From Ascoidea asiatica JCM 7603 (taxonomy: Eukaryota; Fungi; Ascomycota), in contig BCKQ01000002.1 of the NCBI GenBank assembly GCA_001600695.1, positions 889,184 through 953,183 of the forward strand: DNA of 64,000 nucleotides, read 5' to 3'. Every line of letters starts with the position of its first letter. Position 1 is the stretch's first letter. Below, piece by piece: positions 12,331-23,988 of this stretch. Position numbers and translations under genes: made by a program. Below the pieces are notes generated by a model. It was not told where the DNA came from and ran no database searches. It saw only the letters and a program-made list of their open reading frames with translations.

Positions 12331-15300
12331 ATGTCTTCAATAATATCTTATTCCATTTCTAAACCTGATAATAATCACATAGTTAATCATAATATAATTC
12401 ATAATCATAATCTCACTCATAATCATATCCATACTCATAGTCATATTCATAATCAATCTAATTCAAATTTGCATAATCATACTAAAAATAAAAATAAAAA
12501 TAAAAATAAAATTATTAAAAATTTACAATTTTCTCCAATATCTTCTTCAATTTCAAATAATATACACAACAACAACAACAACAACAACATTAATAATAAT
12601 AATAATTCAACCGCTGATATTAATTCAATTCAAAATAATAACGCCAATAACAATAATAATTCAAATAACTTAAATAATGCTACTGGTTTAGCTTATTCTT
12701 TTACTAATTTTTTTTCAAAATTCTCTTCATATTTATCTCCAACTTCATCTAATTTAACAAATAATTCAATTCAAAATAATAATAATAATTCATTATCAAA
12801 TATTACTCATCATAGTAGACATGATACTGATATTTCAATAGATCTTGAAACAAATGTAATTAAACAAATTAATAATATCTCCAATAATAATCAAAATGAA
12901 TTTATTTTTGATCATTGTATATGTTGTTCAACTTTAATTAAATATCCAATTAATTCTTTAAAAATTAAATGTATTATTTGTAATACTAAATTACAATTAT
13001 CTTCAAATAATAATAAAAACTCAATTACCAATTCAAATTCAAATTCAAATTCAACTTCAATTGATTTAGATATTATTAAATCTTTAATAGTAGATTCCTT
13101 TGAATCTTTAAAACAATTTAATATCAATTTAAATGATACAAATAATGATATTAATAAATTATCTACCTCATTTAATGATTTATCTTATTATATATATAAC
13201 TCATTCAATTCTTTTCCAATTTTACAAAACTCTTTTTATCCAAATAATTTAAAATCTAAAAATTTATCTCATTCTTCTCCAAATATTGATTATATAAAAA
13301 TTCATTTAATTTTTCATTCTTTACTTTCATTACCTTCAAAAAAACCTTATTTTATTTTATTATCTTCAATTAATAATTTATTATCAAATTTACCAAATGT
13401 AATTTCAACTCCAAATCATTTAAGAATTTTATTAATTTTTTTAGAAATTCCTTCTTTAAATTCTTCTTTAAATTTATCAACAACTTCCATAACCAGTAAC
13501 AATAATAAATTATTTGATAAACCTGAAATAAAATCTTTAAGTTTTCAAATTTTATCAAGATTAATTGGTTTATTATCAAATTTAAATCAAGATTTAATTA
13601 ATTATTTTTGTAATTGGTTCTCAAGATTTACTGAAATTATTTTCTTCTCAAAATTAGATCTAATTAATAAATATATTAATTATATTTTAAAATTTCATTT
13701 AAATAATAATATTAATAATTCTGGTAATAATAACTCAAATAATGATAATAACTTATTAACTCATGATAATTCTTCAAAAGATTCAATAAATTTATTATCA
13801 ATCAATAGAAGATTACCTCCAACTTCTTCTCAACATTCAATACATTCAAATCATTCTAATTCTTCATTTTCAATTCCATTACCCTTATCTTTAAATTTAA
13901 ATTTAAATTTAAATTCAAATTCTTTTAAAAATAAAAAAATTCCTTCAAAATTTAAATTAAAAGTTCATACTTATACAAATGATTGGCATTTAAAATCTGC
14001 TTCAAAAGTTGCTTTTTATTTCTTTATTTCAAATACTTATAATAATACAAATAATTATATTCTGTATAATAAATTTGTTAAAAAATTCCCAAGTTCAAGA
14101 TTTTATAACTCTCTGGTAGATTTTGTTAATTTAAAACAAGATTTTAATATTTGGCAAAATTTACCTTCAACAAAAAATTCAATTCAAAATAATATGAATA
14201 TTTGTAAAAAAAATATATTAACTGAACAATCTTCTTCAAAATTAAATTCAAATTCAAATTCAAATTCTGATTATATTAAAGATATTTTATTATCAATTAA
14301 TCAACCAACTTCAAGTTTTATTGATCCAATAAGTTCAAATAGATATTCTTTTACTTTTTGTCAATATCCATTTTTATTATCTTTATCCGCAAAAATTTCA
14401 ATTTTAGAATATGAAGCTAAAAAACAAATGGAAAGAAAAGCTGAAGAAGCTTTTATAACTTCTCTTGATAAAAAAATTTTAATTGATGTTTATTTAAGAA
14501 TTAAAGTTAGAAGAAATCATATAACTAATGATTCTTTACGTTGTATTAAAAATCATTTATCTGATTTAAAAAAATCTTTAAAAATTGAATTTATTGATGA
14601 ACCTGGAATTGATGCCGGTGGTTTAAAAAAAGAATGGTTTCTATTATTAACAAGAAATCTTTTTAATCCAATTAATGGTTTATTTATTACTTCTACTGAA
14701 TCAAATTTTTCTTGGTTTACTATAAATCCAGTTGGTTCAAAAACTTTTGATTTATATTTTTTACTTGGTGTTATTTTAGGTTTAGCAATTTATAATTCTA
14801 CAATTTTAGATTTACATTTTCCATCTGCTTTATATAAAAAATTATTAGATAAACAAGTTACTTTCTATGATTTTTCAATTTTAAATCCAGAAACTGCAAA
14901 AGGTTTAAAACAATTATTAGATTATAAAAATGATGATTTTAATACTGTTTTTGATTTAAATTTTGAAATTAATTATAAAGATTCTTTTGATGTTTTACAT
15001 TCTATTGAATTAATCCCAAAAGGTAAAAATATTAAAGTTACAAGATTTAATAGACATAGATATGTTAGAAAATATATTGATTTTTTCTTAAATAAATCAA
15101 TTAATGATCAATTTAATGCTTTTAAATCTGGATTTAGAAATGTTATTGATGGTAATGCAATTTCTTTATTTAGTCATGATGAAATTGAATTAATACTTTG
15201 TGGTTTAGATGATGAATCAAATTCATCTTTAGATTTAACTGCTTTAAAAAGTATTACAAAATATTCTGGTTGGTCATCAATAAATGAAGCATTTAATTCA

Positions 15301-15576
15301 AATCTTATTAAATGGTTTTGGGAATATTTTGAAAATTTATCTTATAAAAATCAAAAAAAATTATTACTGTTTGTTACTGGTTCTGATAGAGTTCCTGCAA
15401 CTGGAATAACTTCATTAAATTTTAAAATTTCAAAACTTGGAAATGATTCTGAAAGATTTCCAATGGCTCATACTTGTTTTAATGAAATTTGTTTATATGA
15501 TTATAATTCAAAAGAAAAACTTTTTAACAAATTAGAATCTGCTATTAATGAATGTGAAGGTTTTGATTTGAAATAA
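12331..15576 (+). CDS. HUL4: HECT E3 ubiquitin ligase Hul4
   Basis: N-terminal CxCC..CxxC, FTFCQYPFLLSL, EPGIDAGGLKKEWF, FVTGSDRVP, and catalytic AHTCFN. Confidence 0.92.
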   Translation: MSSIISYSISKPDNNHIVNHNIIHNHNLTHNHIHTHSHIHNQSNSNLHNHTKNKNKNKNKIIKNLQFSPISSSISNNIHNNNNNNNINNNNNSTADINSIQNNNANNNNNSNNLNNATGLAYSFTNFFSKFSSYLSPTSSNLTNNSIQNNNNNSLSNITHHSRHDTDISIDLETNVIKQINNISNNNQNEFIFDHCICCSTLIKYPINSLKIKCIICNTKLQLSSNNNKNSITNSNSNSNSTSIDLDIIKSLIVDSFESLKQFNINLNDTNNDINKLSTSFNDLSYYIYNSFNSFPILQNSFYPNNLKSKNLSHSSPNIDYIKIHLIFHSLLSLPSKKPYFILLSSINNLLSNLPNVISTPNHLRILLIFLEIPSLNSSLNLSTTSITSNNNKLFDKPEIKSLSFQILSRLIGLLSNLNQDLINYFCNWFSRFTEIIFFSKLDLINKYINYILKFHLNNNINNSGNNNSNNDNNLLTHDNSSKDSINLLSINRRLPPTSSQHSIHSNHSNSSFSIPLPLSLNLNLNLNSNSFKNKKIPSKFKLKVHTYTNDWHLKSASKVAFYFFISNTYNNTNNYILYNKFVKKFPSSRFYNSLVDFVNLKQDFNIWQNLPSTKNSIQNNMNICKKNILTEQSSSKLNSNSNSNSDYIKDILLSINQPTSSFIDPISSNRYSFTFCQYPFLLSLSAKISILEYEAKKQMERKAEEAFITSLDKKILIDVYLRIKVRRNHITNDSLRCIKNHLSDLKKSLKIEFIDEPGIDAGGLKKEWFLLLTRNLFNPINGLFITSTESNFSWFTINPVGSKTFDLYFLLGVILGLAIYNSTILDLHFPSALYKKLLDKQVTFYDFSILNPETAKGLKQLLDYKNDDFNTVFDLNFEINYKDSFDVLHSIELIPKGKNIKVTRFNRHRYVRKYIDFFLNKSINDQFNAFKSGFRNVIDGNAISLFSHDEIELILCGLDDESNSSLDLTALKSITKYSGWSSINEAFNSNLIKWFWEYFENLSYKNQKKLLLFVTGSDRVPATGITSLNFKISKLGNDSERFPMAHTCFNEICLYDYNSKEKLFNKLESAINECEGFDLK

Positions 15577-16400
15577 GTTACTTTCAAGTTTGATTTTTAA
15601 TAAATTTTTTTATTTTTACACTTTCCTTTTTTGTTTTTTTGTTTTTTATTTTTTGTTCTATTTTCTTTGCCGTTTTTATTTTTCTTCTTATTTCCACTGC
15701 TTTTTGCCTTTTTTCATTCTTCAACTAATATTCTCAATTTAGTTTGTCAATTCAATTTGTCATTTTTTTTTTTATTATAAATGACAAGAAATTTAATCAT
15801 CGTTTTTCCGTTTATGCTTTTCAATCCTCTTTTCAATAATTGTTTTTATTTGAACTTTTCACTACATTGTTCACCAATTTTTTCTGCTTTTTTTATCATT
15901 ATAATTTTTCATTAAATTTTTTTATCATACTTTTTAGAATTTTAAATTTTAGATTTTTGTCAACATCATTTTTACGATTCATAATTTTTTTTTTTGAACT
16001 GGTTTTTTGCATCAATGTCATTATAGTTGCATATTTTTATAGTTATAATAATCACATTAATTATCTCAATTCAAATATAGTAATGAAATATCAATCGAAG
16101 TTATGTAAATATAAAAAAATTTCTATATTTTTTGAAAAATTTGGCAAGTGAATATTGATTAATCTTACTTATAAAGGATTGATTGAAAATTATTATACAG
16201 ATGTTTATGTACTATTTGAGATATAAAAAATTTAATATACTCTATTTGTAATAAGATTTTATATTTATAATTTTGGAATAAAGTCAAAAAAAAAAAAAAA
16301 ATACATTAACATGAGATTAGGAATAGTTAGTTGAGTGTTAGTTAGATAAATAATTAAATATATGAGATGAGAAATATGATGAAATAGTTTTAATAAAAGA

Positions 16401-17063
16401 TTAACCAACTACTAAAGTTTCAGAATCAGCAAATTCATAAGCAGGAATTTCTAAATTTAATGGAGCTGGACCTCTTCTAATTCTACCAGATATATCATAA
16501 TGAGAACCATGACAAGGACAAAACCAACCACCAAAATCACCAGCTTCACCAATTGGAACACAACCTAAATGAGTACAAATACCCAACATTACTAACCATT
16601 CAGGATTTTTAACACGATCAGCATCAGCTTGTGGATCTCTTAAAGATTGAATATTAACTTCATTAGCTTCAGAAATTTCAGAAGAAGTTCTATGTCTAAT
16701 GAATACAGGTTTACCTTGCCATTTTACAATAACATTTTTACCTTCTGGGATTGCATTTAATTTAACTTCAACTTTTGCCATAGCTAAAACATCAGCAGAA
16801 GCAGACATTGAAGTTAAAAAAGATTCAACAGTTGATTTTGCACCAACAGCAGATACTAAACCAAAAGATCCAACCATGAAATATGTAAAAGATCTAGTTT
16901 TATCATTATTTCCACCAGTTGGTTTAACATAATCAGTAAAATCTGGAGTATTATAATTTGATTTTGAAATTATTGAAGTTGAAGATAATGATCTTAAACC
17001 TAAAGTTGGTTTTAATGATTTTACACCAAATTTTGAAAATGATTTAAGTGCTATTGAAGACAT
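16401..17063 (-). CDS. RIP1: Rieske iron-sulfur protein of complex III (220 aa; true start MSSIALKSF)
   Basis: CTHLGC and CPCHGSHYD boxes, [11 protein letters not shown], and a mitochondrial presequence. The ATG at 17063 is preferred over the track's TTG start. Confidence 0.98.
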   Translation of the reverse strand: MSSIALKSFSKFGVKSLKPTLGLRSLSSTSIISKSNYNTPDFTDYVKPTGGNNDKTRSFTYFMVGSFGLVSAVGAKSTVESFLTSMSASADVLAMAKVEVKLNAIPEGKNVIVKWQGKPVFIRHRTSSEISEANEVNIQSLRDPQADADRVKNPEWLVMLGICTHLGCVPIGEAGDFGGWFCPCHGSHYDISGRIRRGPAPLNLEIPAYEFADSETLVVG

Positions 17064-17257
17064 TATTAAAGATGATATGAATATAAATTTATAAATATAT
17101 ATATATATTTTTTTTTTGCTTCTTAATTCAATTACCAATTTTTTAATTATTTTAAATTATTTATTAAATCACTTCAATTATTATTGTATTATTTTCAATA
17201 AGTTAATCATAAATTATTCTCATCAAACCTTCTTAATATTTCATGGTAACGGTAAAA

Positions 17258-17374
17258 CCAATACAAGTAAGTAAGTAAGTAAGTAAGTAGCTTGAATTTT
17301 ATCTGAATTGATATGATTTCCAGAGAAGAATCATGTGAGTGGTGTATAATGGCCATTTCTGCGGCTTTCATTGG
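17258..17374. promoter_or_regulatory. Two CCAAT boxes (Hap2/3/4/5-type) upstream of RIP1
   Basis: CCAAT at 17258-17262 and ATTGG at 17370-17374. Respiratory genes are classic Hap targets. Confidence 0.45.
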
Positions 17375-17612
17375 CCAGCAAACTCACTGACTTTGAAAGT
17401 AGCAGAAAAACAAGAACCGCAAATATGGCTACAAAAAAGACATGCGTGTTAATGTCAGCATGCATTAAACCCACATAAATGGTTTATGCAAGCAAATGTG
17501 CAGTATCGGCACAATTATGTTTTACATTTTAATTGCACAGTGTTATACATGAATACACAGATCTGGTTTTTTTATCAATTTTTAATTAAATTTGTTTTTT
17601 TTCTTTTTTTTT

Positions 17613-17618
17613 ACGCGT
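17613..17618. promoter_or_regulatory. MCB element (ACGCGT) upstream of CDC8
   Basis: ACGCGT about 160 nt upstream of a G1/S-regulated dNTP gene, next to a poly-T tract. Confidence 0.65.
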
Positions 17619-17773
17619 CGTTTTAAAGTTATCTTATGAAGAAAGATATCGAGTTAAAGAATTTATCATCAATCTCATCAATTTCATCACAAATATATAA
17701 TTCTAAAATAAGGAATTGAAAGAAGAATAGTATCATAAATTTAGAAGCAAAAAAAAAAAAAAAAAAAAGGGAG

Positions 17774-18451
17774 ATGAAAAGAGGTTTGTTAATTTTGATT
17801 GAGGGACTTGATAGAACTGGGAAAACTACTCAAATTAATTTATTAAAAGATTATTTTAAAAATGAATTGAAAAAAGATGTAGAAATAATTAAATTTCCAG
17901 ATAGAACTACTCCAATTGGTAAATTGATAAATAATTATTTATCTTCTAAAGAAGATAGTGAAGATACATTATCTGATGAATCAATTCATTTATTATTTTC
18001 TGCAAATCGATGGGAATTGAAAGAAAAAATTATGAATAAATTAAATAATGGAATAAATATTTTATTAGATAGATATATTTATTCAGGTATAATTTATTCA
18101 GTCTCAAAAGGTTTAGATTTTAATTGGTGTTTTAATCCTGATAAAGGTTTACCAAAACCAGATTTTACTTTTTTTTTAACATTTAAAAATAAAAATTATA
18201 TAAAAGAAAATTTATCAAAAAGAAATAATTTTGGTGAAGAGAAATATGAAGTTTTACAATTTCAATTAAAAGTTTTTAAATTATATAATGAATTAATTTT
18301 TAATGAGAATAATAATAATTTTGATAATTGGGTTAAAATATTTATTGATAATAAAGATATTAATCAAGTTAAAAATGATATTGAATGTAAATTAAATAAA
18401 TTTTTAATATCTTATGATTTAGAAAATAATAATAAAATTCAATTTTTTTAA
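17774..18451 (+). CDS. CDC8: Thymidylate kinase
   Basis: P-loop EGLDRTGKTT, FPDRTTPIG, HLLFSANRWE and DRYIYSG. Confidence 0.97.
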   Translation: MKRGLLILIEGLDRTGKTTQINLLKDYFKNELKKDVEIIKFPDRTTPIGKLINNYLSSKEDSEDTLSDESIHLLFSANRWELKEKIMNKLNNGINILLDRYIYSGIIYSVSKGLDFNWCFNPDKGLPKPDFTFFLTFKNKNYIKENLSKRNNFGEEKYEVLQFQLKVFKLYNELIFNENNNNFDNWVKIFIDNKDINQVKNDIECKLNKFLISYDLENNNKIQFF

Positions 18452-18471
18452 AAAATATAAATTTTTTTTTT

Positions 18472-18906
18472 TTAATCTAATTTCTCAGAATATTTAATTC
18501 TATTAATAATAATATCCTTTGAAGTTTCTTCAATTTCACCACCTAAAAACATTTCATCTAATATTGCATATGCTTTATAAAAATTAAATACTAAATCTAA
18601 TTCACAAACATCACTAAAAAAAGAATCTAAAACTTCAACAAATAAATGTATACTTTCAAGATAAATTAAATCATTATCATTTAATTCAACAACAAATATA
18701 AAAAATAATCCTGCATATCTTCTATATATTACTTTATTCTGTTGAAATTCAACAAAATTAGATTGATATTTTGAATCTCTTGAAGATATAAGTTTATGAA
18801 TCTTGGTTTTCATTTGAAATTTATCCTCATCTGAAAAGGTTTGATACCATTTAGCCAATCGTACCTTGCCCTGTCTGTTCATCACCAATATATACTGTAT
18901 AGCCAT
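18472..18906 (-). CDS. APS2: AP-2 adaptor sigma subunit
   Basis: NRQGKVRLAKWY, SSRDSKYQSNFVEF, YRRYAGLFF and VCELDLVFNFYK. Lies convergent with CDC8, as in S. cerevisiae. Confidence 0.92.
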   Translation of the reverse strand: MAIQYILVMNRQGKVRLAKWYQTFSDEDKFQMKTKIHKLISSRDSKYQSNFVEFQQNKVIYRRYAGLFFIFVVELNDNDLIYLESIHLFVEVLDSFFSDVCELDLVFNFYKAYAILDEMFLGGEIEETSKDIIINRIKYSEKLD

Positions 18907-18975
18907 TGTGAAGAGTACCCTATGAAGTTCTTTCTATTCAGTTTACAGTCAGTTGCACCACCACCACCTTCTTTA

Positions 18976-19025
18976 TCTTCTTCTTCTTCTTCTTCTTCTT
19001 CTTCTTCTTCTTCTTCTTCTTCTTC
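18976..19025. repeat. (TCT)n microsatellite
   Basis: About 16 TCT units in the APS2/PEX1 intergenic region. Confidence 0.9.
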
Positions 19026-19325
19026 GACGTGTTTTTTGAATTTGTTCTCCTCCGGCGCGGAAATCCGCCGTCTCCGGACTGCTCCCTCCCTGCCTGCTCT
19101 TCTCGGTTCTTTGCTCCAATTTTCACTGCTTTCGGCAACTGTGACCATTTCGAATTCGCATGAGATTCTGATTTGAAAACACTCCCATCCAAATCTTTCA
19201 TATAAACATTGAAATAAATAATATCAAATAATCAGGAAAGAGAATATATAAGTTGTCAGATATAATAAGTTTCTCTTGAATTATTGTAATCAAGATCATA
19301 AAGTATTATAAATATTGAAATAATA

Positions 19326-22300
19326 ATGGAACAAATATCTGTTACTGTTAGATTCACTTCATTAAGAAATAATTTAATTAATTTACCTTCAAATTTAGTT
19401 TCAATATTATATAATGCAAATATAAATGTTCAAAATGTTTTAATAGAATTGAGTGTGAATTCATCAAGATCTAAAGAAATTAAAAAATTTTATACAGGTT
19501 GGACTGGAATGAGTTCAATTTTAAAAGATTCTATAGAAATTGATCCATTTTTTGCAAATTCTTTAAATATTTTAGAAAATTTAAAAATTAAAATTAATTT
19601 AATTTTAAATCCAATTGAAACTTTTAAAATTTTTTTAGATCCTATAACTTCAAATGATTGGGAATTAATTGAATTAAATTCAATTTATCTTGAAGATAAA
19701 TTATTAAATCAATCAAGAGCAATTTCAATTTTTCAAAATTTAATTGTTTATCCTTCTTTAAATTCAATAGCTTATTTAAAAGTTAATAAATTTGAAACAA
19801 AATTTGGTGAAATAAATTTAAATACTATTAATACCAAATTTAATAAAAATTTAAAATGTTTTGCAAAAATTTCTCCAAATTGTGAGATTATAATTTCTCC
19901 AAAACTTAGAAAAATCTCAAAATCTATTAAATCAAATTCTTCAATAAATTCAATGAAAAATAATTTAAAAAAAAATAAAAAATTAATCTTAGATTCAATA
20001 CCTTCAATAATTTTAAGATCAATTAATTTACCAATGAATTCTATTAATCATCATTATAATTTAAATTATCAATTTAATGTATATATAAACTTAAACTTAA
20101 ATAAAGATTTAATTAATAATTTAAAATTAACTATAAATTCAAATTCAAATTCAAATTCAAATTCAAATTATTTATATATTTCATTGATTAAAGGTCCTCA
20201 ACAAATAAATTTAACTATAATGGATTCTTCAAATAAAACTAATATTTCAAATGATTCTTCTACTTCAAATAATTCAAATATTTCAAATAGAAAAATCTCA
20301 AATGAAAAATCTATTGTTAAAAATAAAAATAAATTCAAAAATTTAAATTCAAATTCAAATTTATTATCACCAACTAAAAGAATTGTAGCAAAATTAATTA
20401 ATGATCCTAATATTCCATATTCTCATATTGCATTATCTCCAATACTTTCTGCTTCTTTAGGAATTTCAAATTCAATAGGTCATTCAATCTTAATTGAATC
20501 AATGAATAATGCTAATAATGCTAATGCCAATTCTCTTTCTCTTTCTTCATCTTTATCTTTATCTTCATTATATCTTAAAAATATTCCAAGTTTCATAAAA
20601 ATTCATCCTTTTATAATTTCAACAAAAGATAATTCTTTATCTGATCAATTACTTTTTTCAAAAAAAATTACTCAAGATTTAAAAAAAATTGAATCTATAA
20701 AATTAGAAAAAATTTTAAATTCAATAAAAAATTTAAATATTTTTAATAATAATAATTCAATAACTAATTTTTTTAGATTACCTTCTATATCTCCATTAAT
20801 TTTACCATATGGTGGATTAATTGAATTTAATTTAAATTCAACTGATAAAGATTTAATAAATATTTGGAATTCATATAATCATTGGTTTATTTCAAAAGAT
20901 TTTAATGATTTAAAATTCAAATTATCAAATGATATTTTAATACCAAAATCAACGATTCCTAAATTATTTGATTTAATTAATATGGATTATAAATTTAGTT
21001 ATACTTTTAATTCTAAACTTGATTCTAATATAATCATCACTGAAAATTTATCAAATGATTTAAGCAGTTCTGATCAAACTAAATTAAATTTTGAGAAAAC
21101 TTCAAAAATGATCCAAATTGAAGAGAATGAAAAAAATGGAAAAGATAAACTAATTGGTATGGATAATACTGTTAATAATATATTAAATATAATAGATTCT
21201 GATATTAATTCAATATTAATATATGGTCCTTCAGGTTCTGGTAAAACTTTATTAATAGATAATTTAAAAAAAAAAATTTATAATCAAAAATTATATAAAA
21301 TTATTTCATTAAATTGTGAAGAATTATCAAATGATAATTATGAAACATTAAAAAAAAAATTTAATGAAATTTTTAAATTTTTTACATGGTATTCACCATC
21401 ATTATTAATTTTAGAAAATATTAATTCAATTTTTGTTCAAGAAATGGAAAATATGGATAATTCATTATCAAGACAATTAACTGAATTTTTTAAAATTAAA
21501 TTTTTAAATATAATTGAAAATCAATTAAGTGAAAATTCAGTGAATAATAAATTTAAAATTATTTTTACAAATGATTCAAAAGAAAGTCTTAATAGTTTAA
21601 TGTTTGATATAATTGATGAAACAATTCAAATTAAGGCACCAAATAAAGATCAAAGAAGTTTAATTTTAAATTATTATCTTGAAAAATTTGATATTTCAAT
21701 TGATGAGAAAAAATTTAATTTAAATGATTTAGTTAATGAAACTGAAGGATATTTACCAAGTGATTTAAAAGTTTTAGTTGATAGAGCATATCATGAAGTA
21801 ATTTATGAATCTCTTGAAAATGCTATGGATCTTGATTTAAGTGATGATAATTATAGTGAAGATTCCGATAATGATAGTAATAATGATAGTATTTCTATTT
21901 TATCTAAATCTAATTCAATAAATGGTCAATTGAATGGTTACAAAAAGCACGAAATGAATGGTGATGTTATTGATGGTATGAATGGTCATATAGACAGTAT
22001 GGGAAAAAATATAAATGGAAATATTAATGAAAATATTAATTTTAATTCAAATGGGTATATCAATGGTAATATAGATGATGACAAAATTAATCATTCTGTT
22101 TTAAAAATGACCTCTGGTGTAACGAACTATGTAATAACAGATGATCATTTTGGAAAAGCATTAGAAGGATATACTCCATCTGGATTAAGAGGAGTTAAAT
22201 TACAAAAATCTGTAGTTAAATGGGATGATATAGGTGGTCTTAAAAATGTCAAATCAATATTATTAGAAACATTAGAATGGCCAACAAGATATGCACCAAT

Positions 22301-23339
22301 ATTTCAATCATCACCATTAAGATTAAGATCGGGAATATTATTATATGGATATCCAGGATGTGGTAAAACTTTATTAGCATCTGCAGTTGCAAGTCAATGT
22401 GGATTAAATTTTATTTCAATTAAAGGACCAGAAATTTTAAATAAATATATTGGAGCTTCTGAACAAACTGTTAGGGAATTATTTGAAAGAGCACAAGCTG
22501 CAAAACCTTGTATTTTATTTTTTGATGAATTTGATTCAATTGCTCCAAAAAGAGGACATGATTCTACTGGAGTTACTGATAGAGTTGTTAATCAGATGTT
22601 AACCCAAATGGATGGTGCAGAAGGATTAGATGGAGTTTATGTTTTAGCAGCTACAAGTAGACCAGATTTAATTGATTCTGCTTTATTAAGACCTGGTAGA
22701 TTGGATAAGAGTGTAATTTGTGATATGCCAAATTTTGAAGATAGATTAGATATTATAAGAGTTATAACTAATAAGATGCAATTTAGTGAAGATATTAATT
22801 TAGAAGAAATCTCAAGAAGAACAGAAGGATTTTCAGGAGCTGATTTACAAGCTTTAGGATATAATGCATATTTAACTGCAGTTCATAGAAAATTAGAAGC
22901 AGATGAAAAATTTAAAGAAGAAAGAAGTAAAGAAAATGGAAACAGTTCTAACGGTTCTATTGACAATAGTATTGAATTTTTTCAAATTCAAATGAATAAA
23001 TTAAATTCAAAAAAAAATGAAAAAATGACACCTAAAGAAAGAATTGAAATTTTAAAAAAGATTGAACCATTTTTCAATTCAATAAATAAAGAAGAGGAAT
23101 ATAAAAATAATAATAATAATAATAAAGATGAAAATAATAATTTGAATTCAAATAAATCTAATATTTTAATGTTGAAATCAGATTTTCAAGAAGCTTTGAA
23201 GGAAACAAAGTCAAGTGTTTTAGAAAGTGAAAGACGTAAGTTGAATGGAATTTATCAAGAATTTTTATCTGATAGAGATGGAAATATGCCAGATGGTTCA
23301 GCTAGTAACAGTATTGGAGGGAGAACAACCTTAGCTTGA
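19326..23339 (+). CDS. PEX1: Peroxisomal AAA+ ATPase Pex1
   Basis: N-domain YTGWTG and DWELIELN, D1 GPSGSGKT, D2 GYPGCGKT / FFDEFDS / LLRPGRLD, and C-terminal IGGRTTL. Confidence 0.96.
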   Translation: MEQISVTVRFTSLRNNLINLPSNLVSILYNANINVQNVLIELSVNSSRSKEIKKFYTGWTGMSSILKDSIEIDPFFANSLNILENLKIKINLILNPIETFKIFLDPITSNDWELIELNSIYLEDKLLNQSRAISIFQNLIVYPSLNSIAYLKVNKFETKFGEINLNTINTKFNKNLKCFAKISPNCEIIISPKLRKISKSIKSNSSINSMKNNLKKNKKLILDSIPSIILRSINLPMNSINHHYNLNYQFNVYINLNLNKDLINNLKLTINSNSNSNSNSNYLYISLIKGPQQINLTIMDSSNKTNISNDSSTSNNSNISNRKISNEKSIVKNKNKFKNLNSNSNLLSPTKRIVAKLINDPNIPYSHIALSPILSASLGISNSIGHSILIESMNNANNANANSLSLSSSLSLSSLYLKNIPSFIKIHPFIISTKDNSLSDQLLFSKKITQDLKKIESIKLEKILNSIKNLNIFNNNNSITNFFRLPSISPLILPYGGLIEFNLNSTDKDLINIWNSYNHWFISKDFNDLKFKLSNDILIPKSTIPKLFDLINMDYKFSYTFNSKLDSNIIITENLSNDLSSSDQTKLNFEKTSKMIQIEENEKNGKDKLIGMDNTVNNILNIIDSDINSILIYGPSGSGKTLLIDNLKKKIYNQKLYKIISLNCEELSNDNYETLKKKFNEIFKFFTWYSPSLLILENINSIFVQEMENMDNSLSRQLTEFFKIKFLNIIENQLSENSVNNKFKIIFTNDSKESLNSLMFDIIDETIQIKAPNKDQRSLILNYYLEKFDISIDEKKFNLNDLVNETEGYLPSDLKVLVDRAYHEVIYESLENAMDLDLSDDNYSEDSDNDSNNDSISILSKSNSINGQLNGYKKHEMNGDVIDGMNGHIDSMGKNINGNINENINFNSNGYINGNIDDDKINHSVLKMTSGVTNYVITDDHFGKALEGYTPSGLRGVKLQKSVVKWDDIGGLKNVKSILLETLEWPTRYAPIFQSSPLRLRSGILLYGYPGCGKTLLASAVASQCGLNFISIKGPEILNKYIGASEQTVRELFERAQAAKPCILFFDEFDSIAPKRGHDSTGVTDRVVNQMLTQMDGAEGLDGVYVLAATSRPDLIDSALLRPGRLDKSVICDMPNFEDRLDIIRVITNKMQFSEDINLEEISRRTEGFSGADLQALGYNAYLTAVHRKLEADEKFKEERSKENGNSSNGSIDNSIEFFQIQMNKLNSKKNEKMTPKERIEILKKIEPFFNSINKEEEYKNNNNNNKDENNNLNSNKSNILMLKSDFQEALKETKSSVLESERRKLNGIYQEFLSDRDGNMPDGSASNSIGGRTTLA

Positions 23340-23988
23340 AAAAAAAATATAAGAATGTGTTAAGTTTATAAGTCTCAAATATGTGTCTCTTGTATTAAAT
23401 ATGTTTTTTTAGGTATTGTTTTAAACAATATGATATAAATTTGTAAAATGAAATCTTGTACAAAATCAAAGGAATTTTAAAAAAAAAAACTGAAAATTGA
23501 ATAGGAACAATAGAATCATTTTCCTTCAGGGTCCTTTCTATTGTTCTGCCAAGTCTGCTTACAAAAGCGTACTTGATGTATTTGGGCATTATCCTGCATT
23601 TAAGTGAATCGGAGAGTATCTCCTTGCAGTGTTTGAACATGAAGCTTTTGTGAGGTTTCAGTGACCGAGACCGAGACAGGTCTCGAAAATACGATTGTTC
23701 TTAAATATATTTGAAATACAATATTTTTACATTTATTCCTTTTTTATTTTCCTTTAATTTGATTATTTGACATATAACTGATTAACTAATGACCATTTAT
23801 TTTATTTTATAATATAATTGTTAACATTTTCTTCTACATTTATGGCTATAAAATAAGCTCATTTCCCCCTTTTTTACAAAATTTCTGCTTCAAATAAAAT
23901 ATCACAAAAAGTATCTTAGAGAATCATAAAATATTATTTTAGAATATACAATACAATATATCATATTTCAAACAAAATAATAATTAAA

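Noticed and set aside
18841-19201. Poly-S/E/K ORFs
   Set aside because: They are translations of the (TCT)n microsatellite.
21220-21430. Degenerate Walker B (LILEN) in Pex1 D1
   Set aside because: A catalytically weak D1 ring is normal for Pex1/Pex6.
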